Positions 27,616-36,946 of a stretch of 41,551 nucleotides of DNA are shown one piece after another. Source of the stretch: Candidatus Sumerlaeaceae bacterium (GTDB lineage: Bacteria > Sumerlaeota > Sumerlaeia > Sumerlaeales > Sumerlaeaceae); assembly GCA_051003195.1 (NCBI GenBank), contig JBPCLP010000050.1, forward strand, positions 1 to 41,551, read 5' to 3'. The notes under the pieces were generated by a model. That model was given only the letters and a program-made list of their open reading frames with translations, did no database searches and was not told the DNA's origin. Position 1 is the stretch's first letter, and the number at the start of each line of letters is the position of its first letter. Made by a program: the position numbers and the translations under genes.

Positions 27616-29067
27616 CTAAAAGTCCGTCTGGGTAATGGACCTGTTCAGGTACTTGTACAACGTGGCGCGACCTATACCAAGCGCTCGGGCCGCTTCAGGT
27701 ACGTTGCCATTAAAGAACTGCATCGCGTTCATGATTTCTTCGCGTTCCACTTCGTCGATCCTGCGCACGGGGCGTGGGCCTTTCGGCTTGTCCGGGCATG
27801 CGTTCAGGTTCAGGCGACTTCCAAAGTACGCATGCACCGCGGCCTCATCAATATGCCCGCCGTCACTGAGCAACATTACAGCCTGCGCAAAGTTCTTCAG
27901 CTCACGTACGTTACCCGGCCAGCGGTACTTCGCCAGCATATCCAGTGCAGACGAAGCGATGATTGGGCGGCTGGCACCTTCCTGTCGCAGGAAGTGGGAC
28001 AGAAGAAGCTCGAGCTCGACAATGCGTTCGCGTAATGGCGGAAGCTGGATAGGAAAAACAGCGATCCGATAAAATAGATCCTCGCGAAAGCGCCCGGTCT
28101 TTACTTCCTCCACCAGGTCACGGTTCGTCGCACACACGAGGCGAAAATCACTTTCGATCAAACCGCGACCGCCAATACGGGTAATGCGCCGCTCCTGCAG
28201 CGCACGCAGTAGCTTGGGCTGCATCTCAAGGGGCAGTTCCCCGATCTCGTCCAGGAACAGCGTGCCTCCTGAGGCCTGCTCGATTTTTCCAGCGCGTGCG
28301 GTCACCGCGCCTGTAAACGCGCCCTTCTCGTGGCCGAACAATTCACTTTCGACCAGGTTGGGTGGAAGAGCCGCGCAATTCAACTCGATGAAATTGCCGC
28401 GCGCCCGGCTGCTTGCCTGGTGGATAGCACGCGCGACCAGCTCTTTTCCTGTGCCGCTCTCTCCGCAGATAAGCACGGACAGGTCGCGAGAACTGACCTT
28501 TTCCACGAGGCGAAGAACAGCCTTCATGCAATCGCTGTTGGTGACAATGTCGGGAAATGCGGCATCGCGAACCGAAAATGTAAGCTCGCGCTGAAGAGAG
28601 AGAACCCGCTGCCGCTGCTCACGTAATTCTGCCAGTTTATCGACCGCGAGCTGCAGCGCCCATGGCTGAATCGGTTTCGCGAGGATGTGATCCGCACCGG
28701 CGACGACTGCCTTTTCTGCCAGCGCAACGGAGTCATCGCCCGCAGTGACAATGATCCCGAGGTCGTTGTAGCGGCGCCTCAACTCAGCAAGGTATGTTAG
28801 CTCATCGGCATCCTGGGTGGCAACGTCCACGATCGCAATATCCGGCATTTGCCCGCTTAGCAGGCCGGCTGCCTCACCGGGGTCCCGCGCAGCCATTGCC
28901 TGGCGTCCCTGTCGTGTGAGGATCTGCGCCAGCATGGAAAGCGTGCCCATGTCACGACCAACCAGCAAAACGCGCAGCGGAAGAGCGGGCTGCTGCACGT
29001 GCGACAGGCTGAGTGCGTCGACTCCAGATTCCTCATGGGGCTGCAGCGTGGGGGCGGACATTATCAA
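27616..29067 (-). CDS. Sigma54-dependent response regulator (NtrC family: REC-AAA+-Fis HTH)
   Basis: GESGTGKE, ESELFGHEKGAFTGA, GTLFLDEIGE, WPGNVREL and AARALGIGRATLY motifs. Confidence 0.95.
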   Translation of the reverse strand: MIMSAPTLQPHEESGVDALSLSHVQQPALPLRVLLVGRDMGTLSMLAQILTRQGRQAMAARDPGEAAGLLSGQMPDIAIVDVATQDADELTYLAELRRRYNDLGIIVTAGDDSVALAEKAVVAGADHILAKPIQPWALQLAVDKLAELREQRQRVLSLQRELTFSVRDAAFPDIVTNSDCMKAVLRLVEKVSSRDLSVLICGESGTGKELVARAIHQASSRARGNFIELNCAALPPNLVESELFGHEKGAFTGAVTARAGKIEQASGGTLFLDEIGELPLEMQPKLLRALQERRITRIGGRGLIESDFRLVCATNRDLVEEVKTGRFREDLFYRIAVFPIQLPPLRERIVELELLLSHFLRQEGASRPIIASSALDMLAKYRWPGNVRELKNFAQAVMLLSDGGHIDEAAVHAYFGSRLNLNACPDKPKGPRPVRRIDEVEREEIMNAMQFFNGNVPEAARALGIGRATLYKYLNRSITQTDF

Positions 29068-29237
29068 CTTCCCTGCTAATGGGCCAGCGCAGCCTTTGAG
29101 CGCGGAATGAATTAAAACTCAAATGGCTGAACCGACTGGAAACACCTTTAGGTGTTCGAGGCCGTACACGCAACTGGAATTATTAAATATCGCAGCGTGG
29201 TTAACTCGCATTGTCAGTCGCCGGGTGATAGAACTTC

Positions 29238-29337
29238 CTAGTGTGGTCTACCATTAATTCGTAACCAGTTCTGTGTGCCGAATCGAGCTCAAGTCTGCCC
29301 TTTGGTCTGTTAAGGAGCTACTGATTCGGCACACTAG
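29238..29337 (+). mobile_element. 100-bp CTAG-bounded miniature element (family A)
   Basis: Ends CTAGTGTG...CACACTAG. It is homologous (reverse complement) to the two copies at 41239-41428. Confidence 0.75.
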
Positions 29338-29493
29338 GAGTCGGTTCAGGCGGCGGTGTTGCGCTCCAGCACCATCGGACGTGTTTTGCAGATTTGCCTG
29401 CGGGATTGGCGTGTGCGGCGGGCTTTACCTGCGCGATCGCGGCCGGCACGCCATCATCCCGTTGAGGCGACCAGCGATCAGAATAGCCGTAAC

Positions 29494-30768
29494 TCAGCTG
29501 CGCCGGACCCAGCGAAGAATTTCGCGCAAAGACGCGGGCTTTCCATACATGAGCACACCGACCCGGAAAATCCTGGCAGCGATCCAGATGCCGGCAATTG
29601 CAGACAGGGCCAGCCAGATAATAGATAGAACTATCTGGTAAGTCGGCGTCTCCGGGCTGGAGACAATACGTACCATCATGACCGTCGGCGTAAGCGGTGG
29701 CACGAATGACAACGTCGTGGCGAGCAATCCGTTTGGGTGCTGGGCAAGGGGCAGCCAGGCCAGCATGGGTATGATCATCATTGTGCTGATGATGCTCATC
29801 GCGCTCTGCGCTTCCTTCAGTGAATTACAAGGTGAGCCAATTGCAGCGATGATGCTCGCAACGACAACAAAACCCAATACGAAATAAATGATAAAGTAGA
29901 CAATGTACTTCCCGGAAACATAGTGGCCCATGTGAAGCCACCAGGCGGCGCCCGAGGCGACGATGGCCCACACTGCGATCAGCGTGAGACCGACACCTGC
30001 GAGCCCAATGATTTTCCCGGCCATCAGCTGGAATGGCGTGACGGAGGACAGGAGCACTTCCACCACGCGCGAACTTTTCTCCTCGATCACGCTCGTCAGC
30101 AGCGCCTGCCCTGTTCCGAAAACTCCCATAAACATGAGCATCATGAAGAAGAACGGGACGAGCATGGCTGCAATGTCGAATCCACTGGAGCTCGGTTTTT
30201 GAGCAACTGGATCGTAACGCCGAAAGGATATCTCGCGCATGAGCGTGGCGCGAGTCTCAGCTCCAATGCCTGCGTCCATGAACCGACGCTGTCGTATGGC
30301 ATCCGTCACGATGCGCTGTACTTCGCGCTCCAGTTCAAAATCTTCAGTCGCGCGGCCGCGCGCAAAAAACTGCACCTCACCCGATCCATTTACAACATCG
30401 GGAGCTATCAACAAAGCCGCGCTTACCGTTTTCCGCTCGACCTGCTGCGCCAGCTCGCCCGAAAGTGTTGCTGCCGACGACGTTTCGGTGGACGACTTCT
30501 CTGGCTCTCGCATTTCAATCTTCCGCTGCGGAGCCGCCGCATTGAATTTCGCCAGCGCATTGCGAAACTCCGGAGTTACCTGTGCATGCGGGTCGGCGAT
30601 AAGGATTGTGCGCGCGGGCAGCGCCCGGTGAGCGCTCTCCCTGGAGTGCGCTGCAAACCAGATCGTAAAGCCAAGGATTGCCGGTGTGAGCATGAGGCTT
30701 ACCAGGAACGTGCGCGTGCGGACCGTCTCGATATACTCGCGCACAAGTACAAACCAGATCTTCCTCAT
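29494..30768 (-). CDS. ABC-2 type transporter permease (NatB-like)
   Basis: REY...VRTRTF, SVIEEKSSRVVEVLLSSV...QLMAGKIIG and RIFRVGVLMYGK motifs, with multiple TM helices. Confidence 0.93.
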   Translation of the reverse strand: MRKIWFVLVREYIETVRTRTFLVSLMLTPAILGFTIWFAAHSRESAHRALPARTILIADPHAQVTPEFRNALAKFNAAAPQRKIEMREPEKSSTETSSAATLSGELAQQVERKTVSAALLIAPDVVNGSGEVQFFARGRATEDFELEREVQRIVTDAIRQRRFMDAGIGAETRATLMREISFRRYDPVAQKPSSSGFDIAAMLVPFFFMMLMFMGVFGTGQALLTSVIEEKSSRVVEVLLSSVTPFQLMAGKIIGLAGVGLTLIAVWAIVASGAAWWLHMGHYVSGKYIVYFIIYFVLGFVVVASIIAAIGSPCNSLKEAQSAMSIISTMMIIPMLAWLPLAQHPNGLLATTLSFVPPLTPTVMMVRIVSSPETPTYQIVLSIIWLALSAIAGIWIAARIFRVGVLMYGKPASLREILRWVRRS

Positions 30769-31754
30769 CCGGTCACCGTCATGATTGGTTCGGTCGACTC
30801 GCCAACGAGGCGAATGAAAATGTCATGAAGCGATGGAAGCTTCTCCTCGAATGTTCGAATTGTGACGCGTCCCATCAGCGCCTCGAGCAGTTGCCGTGAG
30901 TCTGTGCCGTCCTGTAGCGCGACTTCCAGCCGCCTGCGTTTGGTTGTGACAGATCGAACAAACGGCAGTTCGTCGATAAAGGAGGTGTCGCCGTCCACTT
31001 CGAGTATCACGTCATTCGCACGGAAGTTAGAAAGCAGCTCGTCCACAGGGCCGTCGATGATTTTGCGGCCGCGGTTAATGAGAAGAATCGAATCGCACAG
31101 TCTTTGCGCCTGGTCCATGACGTGGGTTGAAAAGATGATGGTCTTTCCCTCGTCGCGCATTTGCAGCATCAGGTTGGAAATGAGTTCCATGTTGATTGGG
31201 TCGAGGCCCGAAAACGGCTCATCCAGGATGAGGAAGTCGGGCTCATGCAGGATGGTCGAAACGAGCTGCAGCTTCTGCTGGTTACCTTTGGAGAGCTCTT
31301 CCACGCGCCGGTTGGCGGCGTCGTTGAGGTGAACCAGCTCGAGGCATTTGGGAATGCGGTCGCGGATTGCGTCGCGCGTCATACCCTTAAGGCGTCCAAA
31401 ATACGCGAGCACGTCTACCACACGCATTTTACGGTACAGCCCCCGCTCCTCGGGAAGATAACCAATCCGGGCCAGCGACGATGCGCTCGCAGGTTCATCA
31501 AAGATGCGGATGGTGCCCGCGTCAGGATAGATGATGCTGAGGATCATGCGTAGTGTGGTCGTTTTACCTGCACCGTTCGGTCCGAGGAAGCCGTAGATGC
31601 ATCCCTGCGGAATCGACGCGCTGAGGCTGTCGACCGCTGCGACAGCGCCAAATGTTTTGCTGACGTTTTCCAGGGAAATAGTATTTGCGGCTGGCATCAG
31701 TTGGAGGAGTTCGGATTCATCAGGAAGGGCAGCATCGCTCAAAGTGGTTGTCAA
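30765..31754 (-). CDS. ABC transporter ATP-binding protein (NatA-like)
   Basis: GPNGAGKTT, GYLPEERGLY, LSKGNQQK and ILDEPFSGLDP motifs. ATGA overlap with the permease. Start uncertain. Confidence 0.94.
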   Translation of the reverse strand: MTTTLSDAALPDESELLQLMPAANTISLENVSKTFGAVAAVDSLSASIPQGCIYGFLGPNGAGKTTTLRMILSIIYPDAGTIRIFDEPASASSLARIGYLPEERGLYRKMRVVDVLAYFGRLKGMTRDAIRDRIPKCLELVHLNDAANRRVEELSKGNQQKLQLVSTILHEPDFLILDEPFSGLDPINMELISNLMLQMRDEGKTIIFSTHVMDQAQRLCDSILLINRGRKIIDGPVDELLSNFRANDVILEVDGDTSFIDELPFVRSVTTKRRRLEVALQDGTDSRQLLEALMGRVTIRTFEEKLPSLHDIFIRLVGESTEPIMTVTG

Positions 31755-31829
31755 TCCTCAGCGGGACCGCCGCTCTTCGCTGCTGGCGCCGCCCTCCGTG
31801 ACCTATTACTGCCATTGCCTTGTCGTGGG

Positions 31830-31929
31830 CCAGGGTGGCGTCCCATTAATTCGTTCACCGGTTTTGTGTGCCGTCCGAGCTCGAAAGCTTCCTGAAGTAT
31901 AGCTATGAACTTCTGGGACGGCACGCTGG
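31830..31929 (+). mobile_element. Diverged 100-bp miniature element (family A-like)
   Basis: CCAGGGTGGCGTCCCATTAATTCGT...TGTGTGCCG..CGAGCTC... resembles the left half of 29238-29337 and ends TGGGACGGCACGCTGG. Confidence 0.55.
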
Positions 31930-32202
31930 TGTGGTATCCCAGAGATTCGTTACATATTTTCGGTTTCCGGCGCCCCTTCAGGGCGCGAAAAATGGGGTTG
32001 CTGTAACCCAGGGCTGCGTCGGCCACAAAAAGCCGTGGCCTCCTTTCCCTGGGCTGTGTTCCGCTGCACCTTCAGTGCAAAAAACCTAGGGGCTGCGGAT
32101 TCCAAAAAGCCGGAATCCCGACCCTGGGCAGTGTTCCGCTGCACCTTCGGTGCAAAAAATACCGACGGAATTCTGGGGCGAATTAATGGGACACCACACT
32201 AG
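31926..32202 (+). mobile_element. Miniature inverted-repeat element with REP-like hairpins (family B, copy 1)
   Basis: Ends GTGTGGTATCCCA / TGGGACACCACACTAG. Nearly identical over about 230 bp to 40932-41237. Confidence 0.8.
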
Positions 32203-32903
32203 GGGATTGGGCCTATTTTTCCGACGAGTTGTTCGAACAGCGGCGGAGGTGCCGAGGTGCAGAAGACCGGTCGGCCTGTGTGCGGGTGAGGGAACTCGAT
32301 CGAGTACGCGTGCAGTGCCAGCCGCTTGACGGAATCCTTCTTATCACCATATTTGCGGTCGCCAATAATGGGAAAACCTCCGTCGGCGAAGTGCACACGA
32401 ATCTGGTTTTTCCTGCCCGTCATCAGGCGCACTTCGACCAGCGACATCGCCGCGGTTTTTTTCACGACACGATAGTCCGTCTGGGAAAGCTTGCCGCGCG
32501 CGGGGTCGTCGGTTGAGTACACGATGTGTGCCACGTTTTCCGCCAGGTAACTTGTAATGCTGCCGATGTTCGCAGGCGGCTGGCCGCGCACCACGGCGAG
32601 GTAGCGTTTATCTGCCTCGTCCCAGTTCTCCTGCAGAGTGAGCTTTGCTTCTTCTGTCTTCGCCAGGACCAGCACCCCGGAAGTTTCCCGGTCCAGGCGA
32701 TGCACGATAAACACGCGGTTGCGGGATTTCGGATTGCCCTTGCGGACGTAATCCATCATAAAAAAATACGCAGTACGCTCACGCTCGCGCTCGCTTGCCA
32801 TGGAAAGCAGACCTGCGGGCTTGTCGACTACGAGTATGTCGCGATCTTCATAAAGCAGTTGCAGCCCAAGGGGTAGCGGCCGCGGCCGCCGGTTGCCGGT
32901 CAG
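32199..32903 (-). CDS. RluA-family pseudouridine synthase
   Basis: IVHRLDRETSG and TGRKNQIRVH...GDRKYG...ALHA motifs. Motif I (LLYEDRDILVVDKPAGL) lies upstream of the ATG at 32801, so the start is probably CTG 32903. Confidence 0.9.
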   Translation of the reverse strand: MTGNRRPRPLPLGLQLLYEDRDILVVDKPAGLLSMASERERERTAYFFMMDYVRKGNPKSRNRVFIVHRLDRETSGVLVLAKTEEAKLTLQENWDEADKRYLAVVRGQPPANIGSITSYLAENVAHIVYSTDDPARGKLSQTDYRVVKKTAAMSLVEVRLMTGRKNQIRVHFADGGFPIIGDRKYGDKKDSVKRLALHAYSIEFPHPHTGRPVFCTSAPPPLFEQLVGKIGPIP

Positions 32904-33556
32904 TTACGGTTGTCGCCGCCACCCTCAGTGCGAGAGTGGGTGCGGTAGATGTCGCCTGAACTGATTGTGCCGTTTGTGGGGTCGTAGGGATGCCGGCCGC
33001 CGTTATAGTGTTTGTCCGGCCCAAGCGAGCCGACCTTGTATGAGCCGTATATGTTTTTGAAGTAACCCGCGGTAATGCCCGGCTGACCCGTTAAGGTGTC
33101 CAGATCTGTGGGGTTACCGTTCTCGGCGAATAGCACGCCCGGATCGTACCAGTAATCGATGTTCTGATACGAGATGTCATCGTGCTCCGTGTCGAACACA
33201 CCGACGGCAAAAACATCCTTCAGCTTGGAACTGGTAAGATAAGCCACGGGACTGCTCAAGCCTCCCACCAGCCCACCACCTGTGGCGGCATGTTCGCCAC
33301 CGGGAATGAACTGCGCTGCTGAAAAACGGTTTCCGGCCTGCTGAAACGCGATGAAGCGCGGTACTGGATATTTATTGTGATCCACCGCGTACGTCTCGAG
33401 GCCCGTCGCGACAGTTCGAACATCCGCCCGGATGCGAGCGACCTTCGAACGCGTCTGCGCCTCGAGGAAATTGGGAACTGCAATCGCCGCCAGAATTGCG
33501 ATGATTGCGACAACAATGAGCAACTCGATGAGTGTGAAGCCTTTCCTATACAGCAC
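32900..33556 (-). CDS. Prepilin-type N-terminal cleavage/methylation protein (GspG-like pseudopilin)
   Basis: KG|FTLIELLIVVAIIAILAAIAVPNFLEAQTRSK, SLGPD and YDPTNGTISSGDI motifs. Confidence 0.92.
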   Translation of the reverse strand: MLYRKGFTLIELLIVVAIIAILAAIAVPNFLEAQTRSKVARIRADVRTVATGLETYAVDHNKYPVPRFIAFQQAGNRFSAAQFIPGGEHAATGGGLVGGLSSPVAYLTSSKLKDVFAVGVFDTEHDDISYQNIDYWYDPGVLFAENGNPTDLDTLTGQPGITAGYFKNIYGSYKVGSLGPDKHYNGGRHPYDPTNGTISSGDIYRTHSRTEGGGDNRN

Positions 33557-33774
33557 GCGATGTAGACCCTACCTTCCGGGAATTGTATGGGAGTATAAAG
33601 CAACGAGCCGAGTGGATTCAGTTCTCTTATTCAGGAAGGCTGGGTAGCCCGCCTCACCACGGACAAATCTCGTTAATGGCCAGAGCCCTACTAGAAGACA
33701 AGCAGATGCTGTTTATCTGCGCTATAACAATGAGAGCTGTTGAATACATCAAACAGCGCAATACACCATAGCCC

Positions 33775-36351
33775 ATGTTAAATCGTAAGGACATTTCAAT
33801 CATTCACTTTTTCGCGGCACTTTTCATGTGCTGCGCCTCCGATGTTATTGCGGTGAAAGACCTGCGATTTGACTACGCGCTGTACGGCTGCCCATGTTAC
33901 GTCAGCACGAACTGCTTCTGCCAGGAACATTTCGATCACCTGAACTGGGTTAGTACGAATGGGCATTACCTGCAAACGACGACGGATAACCAGCTTTCCG
34001 GAGTCACCGCGAATGGCAACGGGCTTGCGGCTTACTGGAACGACCTGAACACCGGCTGGACTTATACCTCGTCGGCCCAGCACGCAGACAACATTCATTC
34101 GTGGGTGACGGCGAACTTTGTTCCGAAGCCCACGTGGCTCACGCTTAATGAGATCTCCGCGGGCACGTGGCCCGGTAATCAAGCTTATCGCACGTGGCTG
34201 GTTGGCGTGGTTGACCGTCTTAAGAATACGCACGGGTACAGCGTCGTGTTGTATTCCCCTTTTGCAAATCCCGGGGCAAACGGGGCCGACTGGCAGGCAG
34301 TGACCCAACACTGCTACATTGGGATCGAAAATTATTTGAGCGGCGAAGAGGTGAAAGCCCAGAACTTCTCGGTGGCCTGGTGCCAGGCGCAGTACCAGAG
34401 TTCGAAGAACAGCTATATGAACTTAGGTGTCCCTGCGTCGAAGCTTTTCCTGGCAGAACACTTCTCGCACACGGTCGCGGGAACCGGCTGGGGTCGCGCA
34501 GGCATTTCGTACGCGGAATGGGACAAGTGCATCATCGCGCGAATGACGGGACTACGTAACGTTGGCTTTCCGGGCGTTCTCACATATGCATGGCGCGGCA
34601 ACGGCATGGCGGTGCCGGTGGCCGACATGATTCACTTCATTGATACGTATGCAGCACAGGCCCTCCCGGGTCCGCTTGGGTTGCCACCGAGTTATGTGTG
34701 GTCGGGCGGCAACGGCGCTTACGGCACGGCGAGCAACTGGACGCCCGCGCGGAACACGCCGGCCGCGTCGGATGTTCTGGTGTTCGACGGATCCGTCAGC
34801 GGGCAGGGCGCGCCGACGGTGACCATTTCGGGCAATGAAACGATCTCACAAATGCGCTTTATCCAAAATGTAAACGTTACTTTCGTGCCGACCGCTGCTT
34901 CAACAATTACCTGCCAGAGCACGGGTGCACCTGGATCTGGAAATGCTGCGCTTCAGATCGAGGCGGGAACACGCGTGACCCTGGCAGGTGTGACGGCTAA
35001 TGCGCCGGTCATCCTGGCGCTCGGCGCGAGTTCGTTCGGTTATGTGGACGGGGACGTTTGGTTTAATAACGGCGACGCCACAATCTACAACCGCATCGCC
35101 AGCCTGCAAGCTGGTGGGCTGAGTTTCCGTGCCACCGCGAAATGTTATGTCGGTGGTTCGGCGGCAATTGCTGGTGGATGTTTCGGGCAGAGCGGCGGTC
35201 CGGCTGCCACAACCTCCGTCAATGACGGGGTGGTCTTCAACACAGGAGCGGAGTATCATCACCAGATGCGCCCCGACGGTGTGCGTGCTGCTGCCGCTTA
35301 CGCGTTTCCGCATCAGCTTACCGCACCTGCCTCCATGGTCACCTGGCAATCCGGCAGCAACTTTATCCTGTGGGCAAACAGTAGTGCGGCGTTCGCCGGC
35401 CGCTCATTCGCCGACCTTACCTTCCGCAGCAGTGCGACAGTAAGTGTAAGTGCCCCGACAAGTGTTGGCAACCTGAACATCGAAAGTAATGGCACCGGTT
35501 CTCAATTCCTGGTATCGTTCACGGGAGCGTCAGCCTCGGCCATCAGCGGCGACTTGAACGTCGCAGCAGATTCCGGGGGGCTGCGGCTCGCGGCTTCGGG
35601 AGCACGAAACGTCACTGTTGCGGGTAATGTAAACGTCGGCGCCGCGGGCAAGCTTGGAAACACCACTGCCAACGACACACTGGTATTGAACGGAACAGCG
35701 GCACAGAGTGCGGGTTTTGCGGGTTCGACGATCCAGAAGCTTCAAATCAATAATTCGTCCGGCGTTTCGCTGGCGAGCGACCTCATTGTTTCAGGACTTC
35801 TTGATCTCACTGCCGGAGAGCTCATTACGAGCGGGAGCTCGCTGACAGCCCCGGACCTGACGGGCCTCACCCGCATATCAGGCTTTGTAAGGGGAACATT
35901 GACGCGAGACATCGGCACGGCTCCGGGCGTGCGCGGTTTCCCGGTTGGTACCGCCGCCGGCTACAGCCCGGTCGATGTGAATCTCACGGTTGGCAGTTCA
36001 ACAGCGGGCAAGCTCGCGATCGGTGTGACGGCAACGGACCACCCCGGTTCACTCGCCCCAACAAAGTCAATCAACCGATACTGGACTCTCACGCCTGCTA
36101 CGTTGACCGGTTTCACCGGCGACATTACGTTTACTTACCGGGACCCGACGGATATCTCTGGCATCAGCGAAAGTGCACTAAAAGTCGGCCGCAACACGGG
36201 CGCAAACAGTTGGCAGATGTTTACACCGACTCCTCTTAATACCGCGGCGAACACGGCAACAGCCATGGGCGTCATTGCGTTTTCCGGCTGGACCCTTGGC
36301 GAATCGACGGCATTCGTCCCTGCAATTATCGAAGGCTGGGAACTGTATTGA
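33775..36351 (+). CDS. Secreted multidomain protein with C-terminal GWELY tail
   Basis: Signal-like N-terminus and an aromatic-rich globular domain of about 300 aa. This is followed by a Gly/Ser/Thr beta-rich region (W..ASNW.P...P...D) and a SINRYWTL...FSGWTLG module. Confidence 0.85.
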   Translation: MLNRKDISIIHFFAALFMCCASDVIAVKDLRFDYALYGCPCYVSTNCFCQEHFDHLNWVSTNGHYLQTTTDNQLSGVTANGNGLAAYWNDLNTGWTYTSSAQHADNIHSWVTANFVPKPTWLTLNEISAGTWPGNQAYRTWLVGVVDRLKNTHGYSVVLYSPFANPGANGADWQAVTQHCYIGIENYLSGEEVKAQNFSVAWCQAQYQSSKNSYMNLGVPASKLFLAEHFSHTVAGTGWGRAGISYAEWDKCIIARMTGLRNVGFPGVLTYAWRGNGMAVPVADMIHFIDTYAAQALPGPLGLPPSYVWSGGNGAYGTASNWTPARNTPAASDVLVFDGSVSGQGAPTVTISGNETISQMRFIQNVNVTFVPTAASTITCQSTGAPGSGNAALQIEAGTRVTLAGVTANAPVILALGASSFGYVDGDVWFNNGDATIYNRIASLQAGGLSFRATAKCYVGGSAAIAGGCFGQSGGPAATTSVNDGVVFNTGAEYHHQMRPDGVRAAAAYAFPHQLTAPASMVTWQSGSNFILWANSSAAFAGRSFADLTFRSSATVSVSAPTSVGNLNIESNGTGSQFLVSFTGASASAISGDLNVAADSGGLRLAASGARNVTVAGNVNVGAAGKLGNTTANDTLVLNGTAAQSAGFAGSTIQKLQINNSSGVSLASDLIVSGLLDLTAGELITSGSSLTAPDLTGLTRISGFVRGTLTRDIGTAPGVRGFPVGTAAGYSPVDVNLTVGSSTAGKLAIGVTATDHPGSLAPTKSINRYWTLTPATLTGFTGDITFTYRDPTDISGISESALKVGRNTGANSWQMFTPTPLNTAANTATAMGVIAFSGWTLGESTAFVPAIIEGWELY

Positions 36352-36414
36352 TGTGTTTCGTGCGGCTACCTTATGATCCCGGCCCGTCCTGATATTAAAA
36401 AAAGTTTGTCCGGC

Positions 36415-36441
36415 TGTCCTTTTTCTCCACAGATGGGCGTC
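36415..36441 (+). promoter_or_regulatory. Candidate ECF42-type autoregulatory promoter
   Basis: TGTCCT-N17-CGTC upstream of the YciI gene, similar to the TGTCGA...CGTC/CGAC pattern of ECF42 promoters. Confidence 0.45.
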
Positions 36442-36503
36442 GTTAAGACGATACGGGCAACCGATCATAATTTCGGTGCAAATAAACGAAAGGATATTTC
36501 ATC

Positions 36504-36920
36504 ATGGAAACAACCAAAGCTCCCTACATGCTGCTCTTCCGTGGAGGTAACTGGACCAAGGGACTCTCGCCTGAGGAAACTCAGCGCGTTACCGCAGAGT
36601 GGATGGCGTGGTTCGAGCGCCTGAAGGCGGAGGGGAAAGCCAAGTCAGGGCATCCGCTGGAACGCGAAGGCAAGCTGGTGTCCGGCAATGGGGGCCGGGT
36701 GGTAGTCGCCGACGGACCGTTTGCCGAATCGAAGGAAGCCATCGGCGGATATTTCTTTCTCGAAGTGGTCGATGAAGCTGAGGCCGTGGCGATTGCGAAG
36801 GAGTGCCCGGGATTGCCGTATGGAGCGCTTGTTGAGGTTCGGCCCGTCGCCGATGTTTGCCCTCTCAGCCGTGGTGAGCAGGCTCCGGCCGAAGCCGAAC
36901 TCGCAACTGCCGGCGCGTAA
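36504..36920 (+). CDS. YciI/DGPF-family protein
   Basis: ADGPFAESKEAIGGYF...EVRP motif. Confidence 0.93.
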   Translation: METTKAPYMLLFRGGNWTKGLSPEETQRVTAEWMAWFERLKAEGKAKSGHPLEREGKLVSGNGGRVVVADGPFAESKEAIGGYFFLEVVDEAEAVAIAKECPGLPYGALVEVRPVADVCPLSRGEQAPAEAELATAGA

Positions 36921-36946
36921 TCTCGTTAGCGTCTAACCACACGCCC

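Noticed and set aside
31868..32144. Short ORFs within family B elements (also 40937-41187)
   Set aside because: They are translations of non-coding repeats.
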